A stretch of DNA of 64,000 bases from Patescibacteria group bacterium. GTDB taxonomy: Bacteria; Patescibacteriota; Minisyncoccia; JAHIHE01; JAGLIN01. Each line of letters begins with the position of its first letter. Position 1 is the first letter of the stretch. This document shows, piece after piece, positions 9,388 to 19,245 of the stretch. Below the pieces are notes generated by a model. That model saw only the letters and a program-made list of their open reading frames with translations. It was not told where the DNA came from and searched no databases. The DNA lies in the NCBI GenBank assembly GCA_041670805.1, contig JBAXYM010000002.1, positions 1,309 to 65,308 on the forward strand, in the 5' to 3' direction. The position numbers were made by a program, and so were the translations under genes.

Positions 9388-10653
9388 TTATAATTCTCTC
9401 TCAATCTCCATCAATCTGTTATATTTCGCCAGTCTCTCTCCGCGCGACAGCGAGCCGGATTTGATAAAATCCGCGCCTGAGGCTACCGCCAAATCGGCGA
9501 TAAAATCATCGCAAGTTTCTCCGCTGCGATGCGAGACGATTATTTTCCATCCCGAAGCCTGCGCCTTTTTAATGCACTCCGCCGTTTCCGTCAAACTTCC
9601 GATCTGATTTAATTTTATGATAATGGCATTGGCGGCATTTTTCTTCGCAGCCGCCTCAACTCTGGCAGGATTAGTTACAGTAAGATCGTCAGCCACAATG
9701 ATAAAATCTTTTTTAACCGCCGACAGTCTCTTTTTCATCTCTTTCCACCCGGAAAGATCATTCTCATTCAAACCGTCCTCAATGGAAAGAATCGGATATT
9801 TACCAATCCATTCCGAATAAAGCGCAATCAGCCGATTGGCGTCGAGGCAAGCATTGCCGGGATTGATAACATACTGATTCTCTTTGGGGAAATAGAAAGA
9901 ACTTGAAGCCGCATCCAGCGAAATAAAAACGTCCTTTCCCGCTTCGTACCCGGCCTGTTCGACGGCTTTCAGAATCGATTCAATCCCCTGCTCGATACTG
10001 TCCAATTTCGGCGCAAAACCGCCTTCATCCCCCACGCCCGTTGCGTATCCGCCGCCGGCAAGGATTTTTTTAAAACTGTGGAAAATCTCGCTCCCTGCGC
10101 GAATCCGATCTTTGCCGCTGGCAATCCCAAGCGGCACAATCATAAATTCCTGAATGGAAAGTCCGCTGTCGGCGTGCTTGCCGCCATTGAGAATATTAAA
10201 CATAGGCACCGGCAAACGAAACTTGTCCGCAAAGCCGTAAGTCTTGGCGAGATATTTGTAAAGCGGCTTGCCCTGCGAGGTCGCCGCGGCGCGAGCACAC
10301 GCCAAAGAAACACCCAGAATCGCATTCGCCCCCAGATTTGACTTGTTTTCCGTTCCGTCCAATTTGAGCATCAGCGCATCGATTTTTTGCTGCGATGTTA
10401 CGTTTTGTCCCGCCAGAATCGGAGCGATTTTCTTGTTCACATTCTCACAGGCCTGCAAAACACCGTTGCCGCCGTAGCGTTTTTCGTTACCATCGCGAAG
10501 TTCAAGAGCCTCAAACTCGCCCGTAGATGCGCCGGAAGCCACCGACGCTCTTGCCTTGACTTTGTTGTCCAGAGTTACCTCCACCTCCACTGTAGGATTG
10601 CCACGCGAATCAAGAATTTCCCGGGCAATTATTTTGGTTATTTTTACAGGCAT
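9388..10653 (-). CDS. eno: Enolase.
   Basis: 421 aa with the canonical enolase N-terminus (ITKIIAREILDSRGNPTVEVEV) and SHRSGETED-like motif (SHRSGETCD). Confidence 0.95.
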   Translation of the reverse strand: MPVKITKIIAREILDSRGNPTVEVEVTLDNKVKARASVASGASTGEFEALELRDGNEKRYGGNGVLQACENVNKKIAPILAGQNVTSQQKIDALMLKLDGTENKSNLGANAILGVSLACARAAATSQGKPLYKYLAKTYGFADKFRLPVPMFNILNGGKHADSGLSIQEFMIVPLGIASGKDRIRAGSEIFHSFKKILAGGGYATGVGDEGGFAPKLDSIEQGIESILKAVEQAGYEAGKDVFISLDAASSSFYFPKENQYVINPGNACLDANRLIALYSEWIGKYPILSIEDGLNENDLSGWKEMKKRLSAVKKDFIIVADDLTVTNPARVEAAAKKNAANAIIIKLNQIGSLTETAECIKKAQASGWKIIVSHRSGETCDDFIADLAVASGADFIKSGSLSRGERLAKYNRLMEIEREL

Positions 10654-10772
10654 ATATTTTAGCTATGATTGAAATTGATTAACAAAAAGAGTATTTTGGG
10701 ACCATGCGCGATATTATGACTCTCCGAACAGACAATCCCAACATATCTGTTGTATTTTGAATTGTAGATTAT

Positions 10773-10853
10773 GGATCTCATGGCAGAAATGGTGTGAACA
10801 ACGCAGGACAAAACGTTCTTGCATAATATTTCACACCATCTCTGGTGTGATCC
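10773..10853. repeat. Family-A element, copy 3, with a degenerate left arm and the conserved ~70-nt right extension (to about 10925).
   Basis: Right arm TTTCACACCATCTCTGGTGTGATCC, then GGATATAAAGCTGGATTT...CCATAAAACCATATATATG. Confidence 0.8.
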
Positions 10854-10931
10854 GGATATAAAGCTGGATTTATGAATGTTGGATTTTTAATATCTGCCAT
10901 AAAACCATATATATGACTATTTTGTTATAAA

Positions 10932-12089
10932 TCAGTTCAGTGCCTCAATTCCCGGAAGTTTTTTGCCCGAGAGGAACTCCAACATCGCGCCGCCGCCGGT
11001 GGAAACATGCGTCATCTTATCAAGATAGCCGAAATTGGCAAGTGCCAAAATCGTATCGCCGCCGCCGATTATCGTCTCAGCCGAAGATTCCGCCATCACC
11101 TTTGCTATTTCCCGAGTGCCTCGCGCGTACGCCTCTTCTTCAAAAAGCCCGACCGAACCGTTCCAAACGACAGTAGCGGAATTTTTTATAATCTCCGCGT
11201 ACTCCGCCAAACTTTTTTCGCCTATATCCAATATACGGAAATCCCCCACTTTTTCTGTCGCCAAATCAACATCTCTCTTGTCGGGATTGTCCGTCACTAC
11301 GTCAACGGGAATATAAATCTTGGGATTTTTCAGATCAATTTTCTTTGCCTCGTTGATATCCAAATCGTCCTTGACCGATTTTCCGATATCAACACCGTCG
11401 GCTTCCAGCAAAAAATTCGCAATCACGCCGCCAATCAAAATATTATCGAATTTATCAATAAGAAAATTGATAACCGGAAGCTTGGTCTCCGCTTTGAGTC
11501 CGCCCATAATGATCGTGGCCGGACGAGCGGGATTTTCTATGACTTTTGAAAGCACGCCGATCTCTTTTTCCAGTCCCAGCCCCGCATAAGCCGGCAAAAG
11601 ATGGGCAATCGCCTCCACGGAAGCATGCGCGCGATGTGCCGCGGAAAAGGCTTCATTGACATAAATATCGCCGAGAGCCGCCAGCTTTTTGGCAAACTCC
11701 ATATCATTTGCCTCCTCTTCGCTGTGAAAACGCAGATTTTCCAAAAGCACAATCTCGCCTTCCTGCATATCTTCCACGGCTTCCTCCGCCAATTCGCCCA
11801 CGCAATCGGGAGTCTTGATTACCGACAATTCCAGCATTTCAGAAAGCCGATCCTGCACCGGGCCCAAGCGAAATTTTTCGACTACCTGCCCGTCCGGTCT
11901 GCCCAAATGTGACATCAGAATTATTCTGGCATCATTTTCCAAAAGAAATTTGATAGTCGGCAGCGCAGCCGTGATGCGCCATGCCTCGTTCTCGTCCACT
12001 ACGCCGTCGTCCCCGAGCGGCACGTTGAAATCCACCCGCACCAAAACTCTTTTGCCCTTCAAATCTCCGGCTTCTTTTATGCTTTTCAT
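10932..12089 (-). CDS. pgk: Phosphoglycerate kinase.
   Basis: 385 aa with RVDFNVP, IILMSHLGRP and GGGD/GGGA motifs. Confidence 0.95.
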   Translation of the reverse strand: MKSIKEAGDLKGKRVLVRVDFNVPLGDDGVVDENEAWRITAALPTIKFLLENDARIILMSHLGRPDGQVVEKFRLGPVQDRLSEMLELSVIKTPDCVGELAEEAVEDMQEGEIVLLENLRFHSEEEANDMEFAKKLAALGDIYVNEAFSAAHRAHASVEAIAHLLPAYAGLGLEKEIGVLSKVIENPARPATIIMGGLKAETKLPVINFLIDKFDNILIGGVIANFLLEADGVDIGKSVKDDLDINEAKKIDLKNPKIYIPVDVVTDNPDKRDVDLATEKVGDFRILDIGEKSLAEYAEIIKNSATVVWNGSVGLFEEEAYARGTREIAKVMAESSAETIIGGGDTILALANFGYLDKMTHVSTGGGAMLEFLSGKKLPGIEALN

Positions 12090-12098
12090 AAGAAATTA

Positions 12099-12440
12099 TT
12101 ATTTAAAGAAATTATTACTTGCGTCGATAAATTCGATAAGATTGCCATCGATATCCCTGATAAAATTTTGTAATTTATCTTCCGAGAAATCAAAAACTTC
12201 CACACCTTTTTCTTTCAGTTTCTCAAGATACAGAGGAAGGTCATCTATTTCTACCGCAAAATGATAGAAAGTGCCGGGCACCGGCTCGCCTGAATTCTCG
12301 GTGATATGGAGATATTGGTCTCCTATTTTTATCCAGAGGTAATCATTCGATTCTTTCTTTTCAAAACCGAGAACTTCAGTATAAAATCTTTCGGACTCCC
12401 TTCTATCTTTGACGAGCAAAGTCACGTGATTTATTTTCAT
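12099..12440 (-). CDS. VOC (vicinal oxygen chelate)/glyoxalase-bleomycin resistance family protein.
   Basis: 113 aa with the INHVTLLVKD...FYTEVLGF pattern typical of glyoxalase I-like proteins. Confidence 0.65.
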   Translation of the reverse strand: MKINHVTLLVKDRRESERFYTEVLGFEKKESNDYLWIKIGDQYLHITENSGEPVPGTFYHFAVEIDDLPLYLEKLKEKGVEVFDFSEDKLQNFIRDIDGNLIEFIDASNNFFK

Positions 12441-12491
12441 AGCGTTTCTATTTTACCTAAAGCGATATAATTTTCTGCCATCCTAATGTAT

Positions 12492-12633
12492 TGTCATTCC
12501 GAAATGAGGTACTCCGATTGAGGAATCTGAGAATAGCAGAAAGTGCTTATGATGTTTTATTGTGGATATAATGTTTTTAAGAATCTTATTTATCTCTCAG
12601 ATCCCTCAGCCGAGTACGACTTTCGAGATGACA
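12492..12633. mobile_element. Family-C MITE, opposite orientation.
   Basis: TGTCATTCCGAAATGAGGTACTCCGATTGAGGAATCTGAGAA ... TTCTCAGATCCCTCAGCCGAGTACGACTTTCGAGATGACA. Confidence 0.8.
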
Positions 12634-12713
12634 GACCAAAAAGACTTCTATCATGTAAATATAAGATCAACTATCTTGGCACGTCCCCTCTCCGCTAAAA
12701 ATATTATTTGTAA

Positions 12714-13124
12714 TCAGTAAAATCTATTTTTCAAAAAATTATTTATGAATTTCGCGCTCGGGACGAACAAGGGCGAGGGAAGATTGTCCAAATCATACCA
12801 GTCCCATCTCTCAAATTTATCCCACTCCGCCACCTTCGCTTCTCCCGTAAACTTTTCGGCAACCAGCCCGACAGTGACATAGTGTTTCTCGTAAGCGACA
12901 TCGTTGGCCAAAGATACAACTTCAAAATCCGAACCGTCCAGATCGGTTTCTTCTTTCAGTTCTCTCCGCGCGCACTGTTCCAGTGTTTCTCCGAATTCAA
13001 GATGCCCGCCCGGAAGTGAAAAGGTACTCTCCCCGAGCTTGCTTTTCCTTTTTCCCAACAAAACTTTTCCTTCCAGGTTCAAGACCAGAACCCCGACTCC
13101 GACACGCACGATTTTATCTGGCAT
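12714..13124 (-). CDS. NUDIX hydrolase.
   Basis: Nudix box GGHLEFGETLEQCARRELKEETDL. Confidence 0.85.
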   Translation of the reverse strand: MPDKIVRVGVGVLVLNLEGKVLLGKRKSKLGESTFSLPGGHLEFGETLEQCARRELKEETDLDGSDFEVVSLANDVAYEKHYVTVGLVAEKFTGEAKVAEWDKFERWDWYDLDNLPSPLFVPSAKFINNFLKNRFY

Positions 13125-13157
13125 AGTTTTATTATTTACAGTTGAATTTTAAATTGT

Positions 13158-13219
13158 GGATCAACAACGCGGGACAGAACGTTATTGTGTAATACCTCAC
13201 ACCATTTCCGGCGTGGTCC
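13158..13219. repeat. Family-A element, copy 4 (left arm truncated).
   Basis: GGATCA|ACAACGCGGGACAGAACGTT...CTCACACCATTTCCGGCGTGGTCC. Confidence 0.7.
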
Positions 13220-13252
13220 GAATACAAAGATAAATTTCTGAGCCCCCAAGGT

Positions 13253-13702
13253 TTACCTCTCCAAAATCTCAAAATTGATTTCATCTCCATGCTCATCCTG
13301 CAAATCTCCCCAAACAAGAATCACTTCCAAATCCGGATATTTCTCTTTCAAGATCTCGCGCGATTTTTCCATATCCTCGACCTGCCGGAACTTCTCCTCT
13401 TCCTTGGACGCAAAGACGTTTTCCTTGGCATAAGCCCCGCAGTCGCTGTGATGAAAAATAACCACCCGACTGGCACGATGAAGATCCGTCGAAACACTTA
13501 CCTGCTGCAAAAAGAAATCTTTAATCTCATAACTGCCGTCCGCCAAGCTCTTGCTCGCACCCGCAAGCGAAATAACGTCAAAACCGCCCTCAAAAAGCCC
13601 GCTTTCGTCCACCCATTTCATCAGCTCGCCACGCAGGCGAAAGTCCATGCAGCGAATTAACAAATTTTTGCAATTGTGTGACATAAATTTTGAAATAGCC
13701 AA
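13253..13702 (-). CDS. Beta-class carbonic-anhydrase-like protein (short).
   Basis: CxDxR (CMDFRL) and HxxC (HSDCGA) zinc-ligand motifs at the spacing seen in beta-CAs. Only 149 aa. Confidence 0.45.
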   Translation of the reverse strand: MAISKFMSHNCKNLLIRCMDFRLRGELMKWVDESGLFEGGFDVISLAGASKSLADGSYEIKDFFLQQVSVSTDLHRASRVVIFHHSDCGAYAKENVFASKEEEKFRQVEDMEKSREILKEKYPDLEVILVWGDLQDEHGDEINFEILER

Positions 13703-13746
13703 TTAATAAAATTCCGATTGCATATTATTTTAACGAAAATCACCGA

Positions 13747-14787
13747 CTACCCGATTGAATCCGCCACCATCTTTGCCATATCCACCAAACGGCAGGAATA
13801 TCCGTATTCATTGTCATACCAAGCGCAAACTTTGACGAAATTGCCGTTTGCGTTGGTAAGAGGAAGGTCCACAATCGACGAGAGCGGATTGGCTTTGAAA
13901 TCGACGGAAACCAGCGGCTCGGAAGTCACACCCAAAATACCTTTCATCTCACCATTGGCGGCATCGGTAAAAAAATTGTTTAGCTCTTCAATCGAAGTGT
14001 CTCTTTTCAGAATTGCTACAAAATCCACAATGGAGACCACCGAGGTCGGCACGCGCATCGCAAAGCCGTCAAGCTTGCCTTGCAATTCCGGAATAGCCTT
14101 GGCCACCGCCTTGGCCGCATTAGTCGTGGTCGGAATGATGGAAACCGCCGCCGCGCGCGCGCGCCGAAAATCCTCGTGCGGCAAATCGAGAATCCGCTGG
14201 TCATTGGTGTAGCTATGCACCGTAGTCATAAAACCTTTTTCAACCCCGATTTTGTCGTTGAGAACTTTTACGACCGGTGTCAAGCAATTGGTGGTGCAAG
14301 AACCGTTGGAAACGATATTATGCTCCGACGGATTATAGTCGCCTTCATTGACACCCATAATCAAAATTGGAATGCCCTCGCCCTTGCCGGCGGCGCTGAT
14401 CACGACTTTCTTCGCGCCCGCCGCAAGATGCTTGCCCGCACCCGCGCTATCCAAGAAGAAGCCGGTGCATTCCAGCACCACGTCCACGCCCAAATCTCGC
14501 CAGGGAAGATTGACCGGATCTTTTTCCGCCAAAACGCGGATATTTTTGCCGTCCACGATTATATTCTCTTCGTCGAATCCGATTTCCTTGTCATAGACGC
14601 CGTAATTGGAATCATATTTCAAAAGATGAGCCAGAGTTTTGGTGTCGGTCAAATCATTGACCGCAACAATCTCCAAATCCGGATTATCAAAGGCGATGCG
14701 GAATGAAATCCTGCCGATACGCCCGAAACCATTGATCGCAATTTTTTTTGCCATACGGAAAAATTTAATATTTAAAACAACATCCAC
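13747..14787 (-). CDS. gap: Glyceraldehyde-3-phosphate dehydrogenase.
   Basis: INGFGRIGR NAD-binding motif and SCTTNCL active site. The ORF begins with GTG at 14787, and an internal ATG (MAKKIAING) at 14754 matches the conserved N-terminus better. Confidence 0.9.
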   Translation of the reverse strand: MDVVLNIKFFRMAKKIAINGFGRIGRISFRIAFDNPDLEIVAVNDLTDTKTLAHLLKYDSNYGVYDKEIGFDEENIIVDGKNIRVLAEKDPVNLPWRDLGVDVVLECTGFFLDSAGAGKHLAAGAKKVVISAAGKGEGIPILIMGVNEGDYNPSEHNIVSNGSCTTNCLTPVVKVLNDKIGVEKGFMTTVHSYTNDQRILDLPHEDFRRARAAAVSIIPTTTNAAKAVAKAIPELQGKLDGFAMRVPTSVVSIVDFVAILKRDTSIEELNNFFTDAANGEMKGILGVTSEPLVSVDFKANPLSSIVDLPLTNANGNFVKVCAWYDNEYGYSCRLVDMAKMVADSIG

Positions 14788-15031
14788 CCTTTATTCTAAA
14801 TTTTATTATACTCCATTTTTTTCAAAAAACCTAGAGGGAGTCTGCCTGACCCACCCACGCTTTGAGTCGCTTTTTTTAGCCAAATCAAAAGGTAAGATTA
14901 ATCTTTATCTGTCATTTATCTGTCATTCCGAAATTTCGGTACCCCGAAATATCCGGAATCCCGCAACTATACAAGGCAAGTATTGTGTTTCATTTTTATG
15001 AAAGCATTTTGCATTATGGATTCTAGATTTC

Positions 15032-15110
15032 GGATCACACCAGAAATGGCGTGAACCATGCAGGACAAAACGTTCTTGCGCAATATACCGCACCATTTCT
15101 GGTGTGGTCC
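15032..15110. repeat. Family-A element, copy 5 (nested in the family-B composite).
   Basis: Full arms. Confidence 0.9.
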
Positions 15111-15150
15111 GGATGCAAAAAGGCATTTTGGATTCTGGATTTCGGATTTC

Positions 15151-15230
15151 GGATCACACCAGAGATAGTGTGAACCACGCGGGATAAAACCGTTCTTGCG
15201 TAGCATTTCACACCATTTCTGGTGTGGTCC
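15151..15230. repeat. Family-A element, copy 6 (tandem with copy 5 inside the same family-B element).
   Basis: Full arms. Confidence 0.9.
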
Positions 15231-15417
15231 GAATACAAAGCCGGGACAGTTTTTTAGAAAGCAATAGAAAGGCGTCGGGAAGTGCAGGTGGATCAGGGAA
15301 TTCTGCCGATTGCCAATATTTTTATCTAGTCGAGACACAACAAAAAAACGACCATTACGAAAGATCACGCCTACTCCCCACAACAATCTTTTTTCCAACT
15401 TCACGCTTCGCCATCGG

Positions 15418-16344
15418 CTAGTCATCAAACCTGAAGCTGGCAAGCATTTCTTTGTCATAGCCCGTCCCTTCGCCGGAAGACAGTATATCGTTCTTAGGAA
15501 GATATAGATACACGAGTTTATCTTTGGAAGGATTATATAAGATGTACGACACTTGGTCCGCCGCGCAAGCAATTTCTTTACCCAAACTGCTTTTTTCTCC
15601 CGTATTTTTGATTTCCAGCCGATAAACCCCCTCTTGATTAGGCCATGCCTCCTTTTTCACTAAAGTACATCCCTGACCAAAAACGCGTTCTATAAAAAGG
15701 TTAAGCCCTTCCGTGCTGCCAATCGTTACCATACGCAACGAAACCCCCGCAAACGGATTGCCTAAAAGCGGTATGTTACTGTTTACGTCCTCTCTACCTA
15801 ATATTTCTCGCTTCACGAGGGATAAAGTGTAGATTTTTTTTCTGCAATCAAACACTCCATCACCGTCAGTATCGGAAAGGTTGGGATCTCCCGTATCGGT
15901 AGTATCATCCTCCTCGAAGGTGATATTTCCCGAATTATTTGCAGTCTGCGTCGTATCGGAAGTGTCTTTGTCAAAATAATATTCCGGCACGATGAACACA
16001 GCGCTTGTGTATTCATCCTCAAGTATCACGACAGAAGCCTCGAATTTCGTGCTTTTGCAATTGTCGACACCCAAAACCTTTTTCGGCACATTCAGCGAAA
16101 ATCCCAAATCTTTATTCTTGTAAATTTTCCAAGACGCCGGCTCTGCAATGTTATCCAGATTACCATTGAGCACATCCGCCGAAGGAGCAAAACTGCTATC
16201 GTCCGGATTCGTATTTTCCTCCTGCGAAAGAGTCTGCCCATCGGAAAAATTTTGCGCACTCTTCCATTGCCACAGCGAATAAATCGCCGCCGCAAAAAGC
16301 GCAAAAGCGATAGCAAACATCAGTAGCCTTTTTATTTTCCCCAT
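15418..16344 (-). CDS. Secreted hypothetical protein with a DxDxDG calcium-binding-like motif.
   Basis: Signal peptide/TM (LLMFAIAFALFAAAIY), a DTDGDGVFDC motif and low-complexity Asp/Thr-rich regions. Confidence 0.5.
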   Translation of the reverse strand: MGKIKRLLMFAIAFALFAAAIYSLWQWKSAQNFSDGQTLSQEENTNPDDSSFAPSADVLNGNLDNIAEPASWKIYKNKDLGFSLNVPKKVLGVDNCKSTKFEASVVILEDEYTSAVFIVPEYYFDKDTSDTTQTANNSGNITFEEDDTTDTGDPNLSDTDGDGVFDCRKKIYTLSLVKREILGREDVNSNIPLLGNPFAGVSLRMVTIGSTEGLNLFIERVFGQGCTLVKKEAWPNQEGVYRLEIKNTGEKSSLGKEIACAADQVSYILYNPSKDKLVYLYLPKNDILSSGEGTGYDKEMLASFRFDD

Positions 16345-16588
16345 AGTTTGAATTACGGATTAAAGGTAAAATTAAAAAACAACCGCGCTGTTCTTATATG
16401 TTTTATTATAACGTTATTTTTTGCAGACACAATTTCTTTCCCCGTCAACTCTCTCCATTAAAATATAGAATTCGTGATTCATCAAACTGTAGCTTTCTCG
16501 AAGACAGTCCCTAAAGAGCTTGGCGCAGATTTCCATATTGTGCCGAATTTGAAAGTGATTCAGTATTCAAAAATCCGGTTTTGCATTC

Positions 16589-16667
16589 GGATCACACCAG
16601 AAATGGCGTGAACTACTGCACAAGAACGTTCTGTCCTGCGTTGTTCACACCATTTCTGGTGTGATCC
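16589..16667. repeat. Family-A element, copy 7.
   Basis: Full arms with TTTTGCATTC|...|GAAAAATGCA outer stem. Confidence 0.9.
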
Positions 16668-16768
16668 GAAAAATGCATCGGCCAGATATTCAAGATAAAA
16701 AACATTATTTTGTAATAATAAAACAAATCTCATAGCATTTATAAACGCAAGCCGGCATATTATTACCC

Positions 16769-17557
16769 TCACTTCGCAAATTTCTCCACAATCCCCACGA
16801 ATTCCCGCGGCACCAGAGACGCACCGCCGACTAAGAGTCCGCGCAGTCCGGTCTTGTCCACCAGATCAAAGCAATTCCGGCTGGACACGCTGCCGCCATA
16901 AAGGATGGGCGTACTCTCAACGATTTCGCGACCGTATAATTTGCTGATGATTTTCTTAATCAAAAGTCCGACACTCATAATATCGTCCGTCAGAGGCGTC
17001 GTCCCGGAACCGACAACTCCGGAGCTGATGGCCCAAACCGGTTCATAAGCAACCAAGAGCTTACCGCGCACGAGATCCTCGGAAATGCCCAAAAGCGCCT
17101 GTTCAAGCTGACTGACAATAATTTCGCCGGTGTCCCCCCTTTGTTTCTCCTCCGCAGTCTCGCCCACGCACAGTATCGGCCGCAGTCCCCCGGCGAGGCA
17201 CGCTTTCATTTTCAGATTTACCATCTCGTCCGTCTCACCGAGATACTTTCTTCTTTCCGAGTGTCCGACGATCGCATATTTGACGCCGACTTTGCGAAGC
17301 ATCTCGGCGGAGATTTCTCCCGTATAAGTGCCGCGGGTTTCCCAGAAAAGATTCTGCGCGCCCAGTTTTATTTCGCCGTCGGAATCAAAATCGGACAGAA
17401 AAATATAGGGCATGCAGACAACCACCTCCACTTTGCCGCTGCGCATCTTGTAGACGTCATTTTCCATCTCGTCAAAAATCGTTTCCGCGTCACCCAAGGA
17501 CAGCGGGTTCATTTTCCAGTTGCCCACGATATAAATTTTTTCTTTTTCCGAAGTCAT
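16769..17557 (-). CDS. tpiA: Triosephosphate isomerase.
   Basis: AIVGHSERR, YEPVWAI and GGASL motifs. Confidence 0.9.
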   Translation of the reverse strand: MTSEKEKIYIVGNWKMNPLSLGDAETIFDEMENDVYKMRSGKVEVVVCMPYIFLSDFDSDGEIKLGAQNLFWETRGTYTGEISAEMLRKVGVKYAIVGHSERRKYLGETDEMVNLKMKACLAGGLRPILCVGETAEEKQRGDTGEIIVSQLEQALLGISEDLVRGKLLVAYEPVWAISSGVVGSGTTPLTDDIMSVGLLIKKIISKLYGREIVESTPILYGGSVSSRNCFDLVDKTGLRGLLVGGASLVPREFVGIVEKFAK

Positions 17558-17654
17558 TGCGTTGATTTTATGATTTACACCTTAAAAAGTGAAACGATAA
17601 GAATATTTTTCAGTGCTCTGCATTTTGCATTCTGCATTCTGCATTCCGCATTCG

Positions 17655-17733
17655 GGACCACACCAGAGATGGTGTGAACCACGCAGTACAGAACGTTCTT
17701 GCGCAGCATTCCACACCGTTTCCGGTGCGATCC
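17655..17733. repeat. Family-A element, copy 8.
   Basis: GGACCACACCAGAGATGGTGTGAA...CCACACCGTTTCCGGTGCGATCC. Confidence 0.85.
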
Positions 17734-17761
17734 AAACTCACAAAGGCCCGTTGCATCGCAT

Positions 17762-19021
17762 TTATAAATTCCTCCTTAGTTTCTCCGCCTTAGCAACCCG
17801 CTCCACTGCGATCGCGTAGGCGGCGAGCCGCAAGCTGCAATCCGACGTACAGCATTTTTTGTTCCAAACCTCGTCAAAAGCATCCTCGATAATCGCCTTG
17901 AGCCGGGAAATATTTTCGTTCTCGCTCCAATAGAAATTCTGCAAATTCTGCACCCATTCAAAATAGCTCACGATTACGCCGCCGGCATTTGCCAGAATAT
18001 CCGGCACTACCGTCACGCCTTTTTTCTCGAGTATCCGATCGGCTTCCGGCGTCACCGGACCGTTGGCAAGCTCTACGATAAGTTTCGCTTTGATCCTGTC
18101 TGCATTTTTTTCCGTAATGACATTTTCGAGCGCGGCGGGCATCAGCACGTCCACATCAAGCTCCAGCAGTTCTTCGTTGGTAATTTTTCGCGTATGCGGA
18201 TACCCTACCACGCTGCCAGTCGCTTCCTTGTATTTCAAAACCTCCTTGGCATTCAAAGTTTTTTCTTCTTCATCGTCTTCCAAAACAATTCCACCCTTGG
18301 AATCGGACACAGCCACCACATTGTATCCCAAGGCGCACAAAATATCCGCGGCAAAATACCCCACGTTGCCAAAGCCTTGGATGGCGATTTTAATTTGTTC
18401 GGAATCAAGCTCCAGTTTCTCCGCAATCTTTTCAAAAACGTAAACTCCGCCCTGCGAAGTGGAAAATTTCCGCCCCCGCGTGCCTCCGACCTCAATCGGC
18501 TTGCCCGTCACTACGCCGGGGACGTTGTAACCGCGCAATCGGCTGAATTCGTCCATCATCCACGCCATAATCCGCGGATCCGTATTGACATCCGGCGCGG
18601 GAATATCTTTCTCGGGACCGATAAAATCCCGCAACGCCTGCACATATCCGCGCGACAGCCTCTCCAACTCTCCTTGCGATAGTTTTCCAACGTCCACAAT
18701 CACGCCGCCTTTGCCGCCACCGTAAGGAATGCCCACCACTGAACATTTCCAAGTCATCCACGCTGACAGCGCTTTCACTTCGGACAAATTGACGTCGGGA
18801 TGAAAACGAATCCCGCCTTTGAAGGGACCGAGCGCGTCGTTGTATTGGGAACGATAGCCTTTGAAAATTTCGATTTTCCCCGAGTCCATCTTTACCGGAA
18901 TATTGACTGTCATAATTCTTTTCGGATGTTTCAGAATTTCCAAAATGGACTCATCAATATCGATGATTTTGGAAACATTCTCCAGTTGCTTTAAGGCATT
19001 TTTAAAAGCGTCGTCTTTCAT
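17762..19021 (-). CDS. gdhA: Glutamate dehydrogenase (NAD(P)+).
   Basis: KGGIRFHPDV and GGGKGG motifs, 419 aa. Confidence 0.9.
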   Translation of the reverse strand: MKDDAFKNALKQLENVSKIIDIDESILEILKHPKRIMTVNIPVKMDSGKIEIFKGYRSQYNDALGPFKGGIRFHPDVNLSEVKALSAWMTWKCSVVGIPYGGGKGGVIVDVGKLSQGELERLSRGYVQALRDFIGPEKDIPAPDVNTDPRIMAWMMDEFSRLRGYNVPGVVTGKPIEVGGTRGRKFSTSQGGVYVFEKIAEKLELDSEQIKIAIQGFGNVGYFAADILCALGYNVVAVSDSKGGIVLEDDEEEKTLNAKEVLKYKEATGSVVGYPHTRKITNEELLELDVDVLMPAALENVITEKNADRIKAKLIVELANGPVTPEADRILEKKGVTVVPDILANAGGVIVSYFEWVQNLQNFYWSENENISRLKAIIEDAFDEVWNKKCCTSDCSLRLAAYAIAVERVAKAEKLRRNL

Positions 19022-19075
19022 ATTTTCTGAATTTAGATTGGATTAAATTGATCCTGTTATATTTTTGAACTATGG

Positions 19076-19155
19076 ATTCACGCCAGAAATGGCATGAAAT
19101 GCTACAAAAGAACGTTTTACCCTGCATTGTTCACACCATCTCTGGTGTGATCCGA
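19076..19155. repeat. Family-A element, copy 9.
   Basis: GGATTCACGCCAGAAATGGCATGAA...TTCACACCATCTCTGGTGTGATCC. Confidence 0.85.
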
Positions 19156-19245
19156 ATACAAAAAACGAAATTCTCATTCTTGTTATCAGTATTTAAACAC
19201 GCGTTCAGCCGTCATTAAATTGGTTTTGAATACCCGCTCCGGCAA

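Larger units (their letters stand above)
14844..15300. mobile_element. Family-B composite element carrying two nested family-A copies; the second hairpin is deleted.
   Basis: Left TIR CCTGACCCACCCACGCTTTGA and right TIR AAGTGCAGGTGGATCAGGGAA (reverse complement of the left end). Confidence 0.7.
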
